Origin: Pseudomonadota bacterium
Lineage (GTDB): Bacteria > Bdellovibrionota > FAC87 > UBA2466
Direction of reading: 5' to 3'
DNA length: 17,516 bases
Assembly (NCBI GenBank): GCA_043718025.1
Contig: JAYSWN010000226.1
Coordinates: 1-17,516 of the forward strand
The translations under genes were made by a program, and so were the position numbers. Below, in pieces: positions 1 through 6,982 of the stretch (position 1 is its first letter; every line of letters begins with the position of its first letter). The notes under the pieces are model-generated. The model had not been told where the DNA came from. It worked only from the letters and a program-made list of their open reading frames with translations, and did not search any database.

Positions 1-1
1 G

Positions 2-406
2 GCGATTGATGAAGGGCTGGCCGATTACTTTGGCTATTTAGCTACCGGTGACCCGGCATTTTTTCAATGCAGTTTCCCCGGTGAAAACCGCGACATGGCC
101 GTATGGAAACCATTGACGGCGGAAATTCGCGCCTCATTAAAGACCGGGGATGGCTATGACTCACACGAAGGCGGCGCGGTATTTGCCGCCGTGAACTATA
201 AAATTGGAAAAGCAATCGGAGCGGAAGAAAATGGAAAGCTTCTCTCGGCTTTGATGGTTGATTTTCTCACCTGCGGCGATCTTAAAGGGACCACCGGCCT
301 TAAGTTTACTTTCGAAGGCGTGGCCCGTTGCCACGCTCGGTTGGCAGGCGCACGCTCCAACGAAGTACAAGAGATCTATCGTAAGGCTTTGGAGGGCGGT
401 ATATGA
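2..406 (+). CDS. C-terminal part of a gluzincin zinc metallopeptidase (M4 thermolysin / M36 fungalysin-like); 5'-truncated by the window edge
   Basis: The frame is open from base 2 and reads AIDEGLADYFGYLATGD. This matches the third-zinc-ligand motif (ALNEGxSDxF-type) of M4/M36 peptidases, and the later DSHEGGAVFA resembles the conserved His segment. HExxH would lie upstream of the window. The stop overlaps the next start (ATGA). Confidence 0.7.
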   Translation, partial: AIDEGLADYFGYLATGDPAFFQCSFPGENRDMAVWKPLTAEIRASLKTGDGYDSHEGGAVFAAVNYKIGKAIGAEENGKLLSALMVDFLTCGDLKGTTGLKFTFEGVARCHARLAGARSNEVQEIYRKALEGGI

Positions 407-1089
407 ATCGCTTCCTGCTGAGCCTTTTGATTTGCTTTGCTTCAATAGGAAATGCGCGACCTCAGATTCCGCTCATGCCGGTGAATGGAGAGGTTAAATC
501 TCCGGTGCCCGCTAAGACTCGGATAGCTCGCGCAACTTTACCCCGAGCCTATCCGCCTAATGTCACTACCCAAGCCCTAGAGAAGGAGCGGCCGCTTTCT
601 GCCACGGGATACGGAGTGGAACTCGCCGTGATGGGACGATCCAATAAGACCCAAGCTGAAGTTGCAGGCATGCAGTTGCTTTACGGACTCCGCTTTTTTG
701 CCCGCATTCCGGTGCTTGATAATTTTTTTCTCGTGCCATCGATTGGGGCTTTTTTAAAACGGGATCGAGCGGGCAATGCGGGAGTAAATGAATACCTTAT
801 CGAGGCGGGCGGGTCGCTTTATTATAATCTTTGGCTCGCGCACAAATTGCGTTTGCTCGTCGGTGGCACGGGTAAGGTGGGCTACGATATTGTATCGGTT
901 AGTGCGGGTGATTCGAATTCGACTGAGGCGGCCTCCTTCCGCTTTCGTGGTGGTCCGGCGGCTGGCCTGGCGCTGGGAGTGTCGCCCGAATTGAGTTTTG
1001 TCGCTAACTTCGAACTGACCGTGGGCTCGGGAGAGACTGCTCGCCTTCAACCCGGCGTAGCCTTCGGCGCTATCTTCTACCTACCTTGA
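403..1089 (+). CDS. Exported outer-membrane beta-barrel protein (small, OmpA/OmpW-like transmembrane domain)
   Basis: Signal peptide MNRFLLSLLICFASIGNA, a Pro-rich linker, then about 8 amphipathic Gly/aromatic strands ending GVAFGAIFYLP. Translationally coupled to the upstream gene. Confidence 0.7.
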   Translation: MNRFLLSLLICFASIGNARPQIPLMPVNGEVKSPVPAKTRIARATLPRAYPPNVTTQALEKERPLSATGYGVELAVMGRSNKTQAEVAGMQLLYGLRFFARIPVLDNFFLVPSIGAFLKRDRAGNAGVNEYLIEAGGSLYYNLWLAHKLRLLVGGTGKVGYDIVSVSAGDSNSTEAASFRFRGGPAAGLALGVSPELSFVANFELTVGSGETARLQPGVAFGAIFYLP

Positions 1090-1094
1090 TTTTT

Positions 1095-2930
1095 TTAAGC
1101 TACTTTTTGTAATTCAACTTCTTTGTTTTCGGCGGATTTTTGCGCGCGAAAGCTCTCTTTCTGCGCCTCTGTCCAGATATCCCGCACGATCGTCGAAATG
1201 CCGATAACCTGCCCAAACGAATCTTTGACCGGGCATACGCTGATCGAAAGGTTGAGTTCGGCGCCAGTTTTATTTACACCGATCAATCGTGCTTTGTTCG
1301 GCTGATCGGCCTTGGCTCTAACTAAGGTGGCCCCGGCTTCGTTCTGCGCCGCAGCCAAAAAGAGAGTGAGAAACGATTTGCCCAGAATTTCGCGGTTGGT
1401 GTAGCCAAAGATTCTTTCCGACGCCGCATTCCATGCCCCAATGCTCCCATCGAGATCAATTCCCACTACGCCGTCTTCCAGTGACTGCATTAAAGTGCTG
1501 AGGCGGGATTTGGTTTCTAACGAACGAAGTCCCAAAAAAACAAAAAGCGCGAATAGTGCTTCAAAGGTAAATACCACTTCGGGCAAAAAGGAACGGAAAG
1601 CCAAATACTCGGCTGGGGTTGGACGGGCCCTAACGAACCAACGAACGCCATCCAAATTTACCGATGAAATTTGAGCTTCTGAACGTTGGCTGCTTCGAAC
1701 CTGATCGTCGTTGGTGAAAATCTCTTCGGTACCGGAGGTCACCGTGATGGAGTAACGAGGCGACGACCAGGTGTTGAGTGCATTGGCGATAAAGAGGTTG
1801 GCGTCGTATCCCGTTACCAAGTAACGCGTTGGCTGGCCCGGGCGAACCAGGGGAACCGCGAATTCGAAAACTGAGGCGTGGGTTTTATCTTTGCGAAAAA
1901 AGCGAACCCGAGTTTTTCCGTAGTGAACGAAGTCTTCGGCTTTACCCATGGTGACGTAAGCTTTATTGCCTATGCCCGTTGAGATCACGCGTGACCACGA
2001 GCCGTCTTTAAGCTCCACGCCAAGGGCAAAGGGACGGTCTAAGAAATGGGGTTTAATCTCGTTGTTCCAAGTTTCGAGGTTCACTTCGCCGCGGGCTTCA
2101 AGGTCAAGGGTGATTCGCTTGGTGTGAGCAAATTCCTGTTGCAACCGAATTTCTAGAAAACGGGCGAAATGCGAGCCGAACAAACTTGAAGATCGGGCAA
2201 CCGCCAAGTCTTCTCTCGATACCAGCGTTTGCCATTGGCCAATGGCGTAGAGAAAAACAAAGCTTCCCGCCACCGCCGAAATCCAGCGTGGAGAGAAAAT
2301 ACCCTCTTCTCGGGCGTGGCGGCCCAGAAAAGCCAGCAGCGAAATTCCGGCGATGGTAAATGCCAGCGCACTATTTAGCGCCATCGGAACACTGCCCCAG
2401 CGAAAGGCGATCTGTACTTGGGCGTAATGACCCAACAAGGCATCTAGGCCAAAGGCTAAAGTCATCGTGGCACAGAGGCCTAGCAGCAGGTTTTTACCCG
2501 AAATATTTTTTCGGCTGCCCGCCATGATCAGGCCTACGCCAAAAAAAAGTAGTGCGATTGCAGAGTTGGTGGCCATGCGGCCGGGGTGAGTGCTTTCTAA
2601 ACGCAGGGAGTGCCGAAAGAGCATTTGGTCGATGCCGGTCTTGATTTGGAATAGGTGCTCAAAGAGTGCCACCAGTGCCAAAATCGCAACGACCCGACCT
2701 ACCCAAAGACAGGGTGCCTGCTTGTGAAAGACCCGAAGCACTAAAGCGAGGCCGGCCAGAATGAAGAGTAGTGCCGAGTTATAAACCATTCCCACCAGAC
2801 CGGAGTTTAGTTCAGCCCAAGTGGGTTGGCCTAAGTGCCAACCCAGAATCGCTAAGAATCCAAGGGCAACCAGTAACGAGCCACAAAGGGCCATTAGCGA
2901 GTTTGAAAATAAATAGGGTTTCATTTTCAT
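1095..2930 (-). CDS. Multi-TM membrane sensor with an extracytoplasmic (CHASE-like) domain and a C-terminal PAS/PAC domain; no kinase or other output domain
   Basis: About 7 N-terminal hydrophobic helices including GRMATNSA, a soluble region, one more TM helix, then a PAS S-box (DGVVGIDLDGSIGAWNAASERIFGY...ILGK) and PAC (SISVCPVKDSFGQVIGISTIVRDI). The stop comes about 26 aa later. Confidence 0.8.
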   Translation of the reverse strand: MKMKPYLFSNSLMALCGSLLVALGFLAILGWHLGQPTWAELNSGLVGMVYNSALLFILAGLALVLRVFHKQAPCLWVGRVVAILALVALFEHLFQIKTGIDQMLFRHSLRLESTHPGRMATNSAIALLFFGVGLIMAGSRKNISGKNLLLGLCATMTLAFGLDALLGHYAQVQIAFRWGSVPMALNSALAFTIAGISLLAFLGRHAREEGIFSPRWISAVAGSFVFLYAIGQWQTLVSREDLAVARSSSLFGSHFARFLEIRLQQEFAHTKRITLDLEARGEVNLETWNNEIKPHFLDRPFALGVELKDGSWSRVISTGIGNKAYVTMGKAEDFVHYGKTRVRFFRKDKTHASVFEFAVPLVRPGQPTRYLVTGYDANLFIANALNTWSSPRYSITVTSGTEEIFTNDDQVRSSQRSEAQISSVNLDGVRWFVRARPTPAEYLAFRSFLPEVVFTFEALFALFVFLGLRSLETKSRLSTLMQSLEDGVVGIDLDGSIGAWNAASERIFGYTNREILGKSFLTLFLAAAQNEAGATLVRAKADQPNKARLIGVNKTGAELNLSISVCPVKDSFGQVIGISTIVRDIWTEAQKESFRAQKSAENKEVELQKVA

Positions 2931-3176
2931 ATTAGGTGTCCAAAAAAAATTTGGGAAGTTGGGGCGGATGAGGCTAATCGTGATCAGCTAAGGTTTTGAA
3001 ATGCGGCACCACCGAAAGGGGGTGAAGCAAACCAAGGCCAATGAGAGTTACTTTCACGATCGAGGGTCACTTTGGCTGAGCCCGGCAATGCCCCCGTCTA
3101 TCCACATTAATAATATCGTAGTTTCCCAAAAGACACATGGCGTAAATAATCGACGGTAGATCGCTGCGTAAAAATG

Positions 3177-3213
3177 AAAAAAGCCCGCCTCCAGAGTGGA
3201 GAGCGGGCTTTTT
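3177..3213 (-). terminator. Intrinsic terminator of dksA (likely bidirectional)
   Basis: AAAAAAGCCCGC-CTCC-AGAGT-GGAG-A-GCGGGCTTTTT: a GC-rich stem flanked by A and T tracts, 20 nt past the dksA stop. Confidence 0.85.
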
Positions 3214-3233
3214 AACAAACTTAATTTTTTAGG

Positions 3234-3632
3234 TTACGAAAGCGTGCTGCTTTCGCCGCCGGGCTGCGCTTGCTCTTCGCGGCGCTCTTCGGCTTCCATC
3301 TCCGATTTGCAGTTGATGCAGTACGAAGTTACCGGACGCGCCTTTAACCGCTTAATGCCAATGGCGTCGCCGCAAGATTCGCAAACTCCGTAGGAGCCGT
3401 CGCCAATCTTTTTTAAGGCATCCAGCACTTTGCCCACCAGCTTACGTTCGCGGTCTTTGATGCGGAGTTCGAAGCTGCGCTCTGATTCAAGCGTGGCTTG
3501 ATCATTGATGTCGGGAAGGGCCGGAGAAATGGTCGGCAGACGATCCCGGGCTATGTCAGACTGCAAATCCTTCAACTGTTTTTCGAGGAGTAGTCTCAGT
3601 TTTTCAATTTCAGCTTTTTCTGACTTGTTCAT
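3234..3632 (-). CDS. dksA: RNA polymerase-binding transcription factor DksA
   Basis: Coiled-coil tip DxxDxA (PDINDQA), ELRIKDRERKL, and a C4 zinc finger (YGVCESCG...RLKARP...YCINCK). Confidence 0.95.
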   Translation of the reverse strand: MNKSEKAEIEKLRLLLEKQLKDLQSDIARDRLPTISPALPDINDQATLESERSFELRIKDRERKLVGKVLDALKKIGDGSYGVCESCGDAIGIKRLKARPVTSYCINCKSEMEAEERREEQAQPGGESSTLS

Positions 3633-3805
3633 ATTTCATCCCAAATCGGCCGAGGGCCTTTTAGACGCTTTCAAAGAGGCCTGTTCCCCTTCGAACTGCA
3701 ATCCCGTTTTGTCGTTCAGAACCGTTTAAAAATCAAGGGAAACCAACGTTAAAGTTAACACCGCCGCCCCAACCAAAGGCACCGGGTTATGTCGAAAATG
3801 CTAGC

Positions 3806-3892
3806 GGTAACTGGGACTTGTCCGAGTCCGATCTATGTTTCGGGGCATAGATTAGGGGGTGAAGGCTTGGCCTCGGTCACCTCCCAGTTACC
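3806..3892 (+). ncRNA. Candidate structured RNA (four-way junction), family not recognised
   Basis: Four helices paired by hand with only one unpaired junction base. G-U pairs favour the + strand. See findings. Confidence 0.4.
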
Positions 3893-3950
3893 ACATTGCT
3901 GTATCTCAAGGGCTCGTGCCCTTAACCTTGAAGACGTAAAGCTCCGCGGC

Positions 3951-4883
3951 TTAATGAGTGCGTCGAGCGCCCCGCGGAACGTTGTTCCGTTGTGGGGGAG
4001 TGCCCGGCGCGCTGGCCGACGGAGTAAAATTCGCAACCGGAGGATTTGATACCGTAGGTACCTGGTTTCCGGGAATCAAAGAGACCAACGGCGGTGTGCC
4101 GCCTGAACCACCGGTAGGGCGATCGACCGGCCCACTGGGACAAGGGCCCGCCACTCCACCGCAACCACCAAAAGGGGGGGGCGAGGGCGGAAGGTAAGGC
4201 GTATTGGGATCGCGATTTACCGTGGTGTTGTTCGGCAGTGTATTCGTTGCCACCGGCATCGGCGTCATTGGACCCACCGGGTCAATCGGCGGATACACGG
4301 GCGGATAGAACGGCGTACGTGGAATCATCGTATTGGGAAATTGCGGCGTAAAGGGGTTCATACCGATGGGGTAAGGCAGCGGCTGCGGCATTACGGTCGG
4401 CGGTAACACTGCGGGGTCACGAGAAATTAATCCCATGTTGGGGCCTATTGGAGGCAAACCTGCCGCAATCGGGTCGATGTAAGGATTGGTTGGGTTCAAA
4501 GGGTTGTTTGGATTGAGCGGATTGTAGGGGTTCATCGGATCTCGAGGGAGCAAGTTATAGTCACCCGGCATGCCCGGGGTAATGCCGCTAATCGAGGGAT
4601 CTAATGTGGGGTAGTCGTAACCACCGCCGCAGGTGGCGACTAAGGATCCGCAACCGCCATTAGAACTGTTGTCGTAAACTGGCATGTAGGTTGTCGTAGT
4701 AATATCCACATCTACGGTGGTTTGATAAACGTCGTAGGCCGACTGATAGAGGCCTGCGCCACCCGTTTCGTAGACCCCGGCCCAGCCTGAGTCGCAGTAG
4801 TCACCACAGGCGAAGCTTGAGGCTGAAACCAACAGGCCCACGGCCACTAACCATCTGTTCATTAACGTCATCATAAAGTCCAT
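3951..4883 (-). CDS. Exported Pro/Asn/Gly-rich low-complexity protein with Cys loops
   Basis: 310-codon ORF (several possible Met starts) with signal peptide MNRWLVAVGLLVSASSFA, (xNP)n repeats and six Cys in three pairs. It is preceded by a sigma54 motif. Confidence 0.8.
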   Translation of the reverse strand: MDFMMTLMNRWLVAVGLLVSASSFACGDYCDSGWAGVYETGGAGLYQSAYDVYQTTVDVDITTTTYMPVYDNSSNGGCGSLVATCGGGYDYPTLDPSISGITPGMPGDYNLLPRDPMNPYNPLNPNNPLNPTNPYIDPIAAGLPPIGPNMGLISRDPAVLPPTVMPQPLPYPIGMNPFTPQFPNTMIPRTPFYPPVYPPIDPVGPMTPMPVATNTLPNNTTVNRDPNTPYLPPSPPPFGGCGGVAGPCPSGPVDRPTGGSGGTPPLVSLIPGNQVPTVSNPPVANFTPSASAPGTPPQRNNVPRGARRTH

Positions 4884-4942
4884 TGGGCTAAAGCGCCCGG
4901 CTCTTAAGTCCCCCCCGTAATTGAGAGAGACAACTGTCAGAG

Positions 4943-4958
4943 AGCAAAGTAGATGCCA
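4943..4958 (-). promoter_or_regulatory. Sigma54 (-24/-12) promoter for the Pro-rich gene
   Basis: The minus strand reads TGGCATCTACTTTGCT. This has exact GG-N10-GC spacing, is one mismatch from TGGCAC-N5-TTGC, and lies 60 nt upstream of the ORF. Confidence 0.75.
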
Positions 4959-5074
4959 CCGCCAGAATGCGGCACACTGATAAGTGGTCTGATTGAATAC
5001 ACCCTGCTATTTGGGATCCCGGTGAGGCCGGTTAGTGCCCTTGTTGCGCGCCGCCTTTATTTTTTTGGCGCGGG

Positions 5075-5094
5075 ACTGTAAATTGGTAGACAGT
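5075..5094. promoter_or_regulatory. Putative enhancer-binding-protein site (UAS)
   Basis: Dyad ACTGT-N10-ACAGT (TGT-N10-ACA core), about 120 nt upstream of the sigma54 motif, a typical bEBP distance. Confidence 0.45.
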
Positions 5095-5206
5095 AGTTAG
5101 TGAGATTCTCATCTTCCGTTGTGTCCCCGACTCAGGTAATGGCTTTGTGCATCACACGTACAGTGGCCGTGGCGTCTAAATGCATATCTCCACTTTAGGT
5201 AAACCG

Positions 5207-6037
5207 ATGAACGTGAAACCTTCAGCAATAGCTCTTTTGACCTTCTCGGCGCTTTTTATGGCGTTGCTCCCTTCTCCCCGCGCCTTTGGCGCGGCCGACT
5301 ACATCTCGCTTCAAGAGCGGGCGCAGGGGCAGTCGCTGAGCGGTGGAAACGTTCTGAACGACAGTCTTTTTAATAATCCTGCCGGTAGCACTTTTACCCA
5401 GGTATATGCGGTTCAGGCCGACATGCTTAGCCTTCGGAATTTTTCGGCTTCGGTTTTGGATACGAAAAACAGCGGCCTATCGGGCGGTTTAGCCTACTTC
5501 CGCCGTGAAAATGGGTTTAACGGGCCGCTTACGCACGGCGGCCGGCTCAACATTAGTACGAGGGCCTCTGAGTCGCTGGGTATGGGAGTTACCGGAAAAT
5601 ACGTGGCTGGTTACGAGTTGCTTAGTATGAGCGAAGCTTCGCTCACGGATTTTGACGTTGGCATGTTAGCCAATTTCAACTTCATGCAGTTGGGCCTAAC
5701 CGTCCGAAATCTTTTCGGCGGTAACGCGGCCATGGATCTGGGCCGCGAGTTGGTAGCCGCCATGCGGTTTGTTTACCAGAATCAGCTGTTCTTTTCGGCC
5801 AGCGCTACTGCCCAATACGGTTTCAACCCAAAGCAAGTTGGGGTCGGCATGGAATACGTGTCGCCCTATTATTTCGCCCTCAAGGGTGGTTTTTATTTTT
5901 TGCCGAACACCCCTTTCTCTTCTTTTACGGGTGGCCTAAGTTTTATTTCACCTAAGTTGTCTCTGCATTACGCCGTAGAGTTTCCCAACCTTCGACGGGA
6001 AATGTTGCACCAAATCGGCATGACTTTGCTTCTGTAG
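5207..6037 (+). CDS. Outer-membrane beta-barrel, PorV/PorQ/FadL-like
   Basis: Signal peptide MNVKPSAIALLTFSALFMALLPSPRAFG and the N-terminal plug motif SLFNNPAG typical of FadL/PorV/TraF-like barrels. It also has DFDVG...LGLTVRNL and amphipathic strands up to the C-terminus. The start is placed at ATG 5207 (the track gives 5180). Confidence 0.65.
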   Translation: MNVKPSAIALLTFSALFMALLPSPRAFGAADYISLQERAQGQSLSGGNVLNDSLFNNPAGSTFTQVYAVQADMLSLRNFSASVLDTKNSGLSGGLAYFRRENGFNGPLTHGGRLNISTRASESLGMGVTGKYVAGYELLSMSEASLTDFDVGMLANFNFMQLGLTVRNLFGGNAAMDLGRELVAAMRFVYQNQLFFSASATAQYGFNPKQVGVGMEYVSPYYFALKGGFYFLPNTPFSSFTGGLSFISPKLSLHYAVEFPNLRREMLHQIGMTLLL

Positions 6038-6153
6038 CTCCCAAACAAAAACCTGCAGTCTCACGTTATTGGCAATCGTAGGCAAGGTAACCCACTCATT
6101 GGTTGGGTCACTTAGCCTCCGCTCCTCGCCATGACTGGTTTCCCAGAGGAACT

Positions 6154-6975
6154 ATGATTCCACTCCGCCGTGGTGTGCTTTGTTTTCTCTTATTCTTCAC
6201 TCTGGTTGCCCAGGCCGGAGACATTTCGTGGATCCCAAAGGGGCGCCGATTTCCACTCACTTTTGCCGATCCGCGCGAAATTCGCATGGCCATGTTGTTT
6301 GATGGAGCCAATCGCATTCGTGCCGTCGTGGGCAATTATTTTAACTTGCTGGGGGTTGATGTTTCCTCGGCGACCGAGGGTTTGGTGGATCCGCAGGATG
6401 AAAAACTTTTTGTCGGAATTGAAGGATCGGGAAACTTTTCGCTTCGCCAGGGCCCCTCGGGTGCCTTTCCGTTAGAGACCATGGATGGCCTATTCGGTCT
6501 GTATTGCGAAATGAACCGTGCCGAGTGGCATTACCAGCTTAGACTTACCCACATTTCGGCCCACCTTGGCGATGGTTTGTCCGGCGTGCCCATTAAGTAC
6601 AGCCGAGAGTCTTTGATTGCGCGGGCAGGCTATTCACCGACCAACGGCCTTCATGTCTACGGCGGCATCAGCAATTTAATTCACTCCCAACCGGCGTTGC
6701 CGGTGTGGGGGCTTCAGGCCGGGGGGCACCTTTTTTTTCCTTGGCACTTGGGCCGGCTCACACCCTTTACCGCCGCCGATATTCAATGGCGTGACGAAGC
6801 TGAGGTTGCGAAGTGGTCGGTTAACTTTCACTTAGGCATCGCCTTGAATGATCCGGCTGAGCCGTATCATTCGTTCCGCTTCTTCTACAATTATTATTCC
6901 GGCGCTGACCCTCGTGGCCAGTTCTTAAATCGCCCCTTTACCGCCCACTCTCTGGCGGTGGAAATGCAGATCTGA
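6154..6975 (+). CDS. DUF1207-like outer-membrane protein
   Basis: RBS GAGGA at 6146-6150 before ATG 6154 and a signal peptide ending AQA. Motifs FADPRE, RLTHISAHLGD, YSRE and YYSGADPRGQF resemble DUF1207 proteins. Confidence 0.7.
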   Translation: MIPLRRGVLCFLLFFTLVAQAGDISWIPKGRRFPLTFADPREIRMAMLFDGANRIRAVVGNYFNLLGVDVSSATEGLVDPQDEKLFVGIEGSGNFSLRQGPSGAFPLETMDGLFGLYCEMNRAEWHYQLRLTHISAHLGDGLSGVPIKYSRESLIARAGYSPTNGLHVYGGISNLIHSQPALPVWGLQAGGHLFFPWHLGRLTPFTAADIQWRDEAEVAKWSVNFHLGIALNDPAEPYHSFRFFYNYYSGADPRGQFLNRPFTAHSLAVEMQI

Positions 6976-6982
6976 CGCCCCT

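Noticed and set aside
3806..3895. Possible tRNA-Sec or other tRNA (8-bp stem, 6-bp arm with 4-nt loop, nearby CCA)
   Set aside because: No 7-nt anticodon loop and no TTCRA T loop. Kept only as an unassigned structured RNA.
4480..4545. Short repeats that might suggest a CRISPR or tandem DNA repeat
   Set aside because: They are codon-level xNP repeats within the Pro-rich CDS. No repeat-spacer array or cas gene is present in the window.
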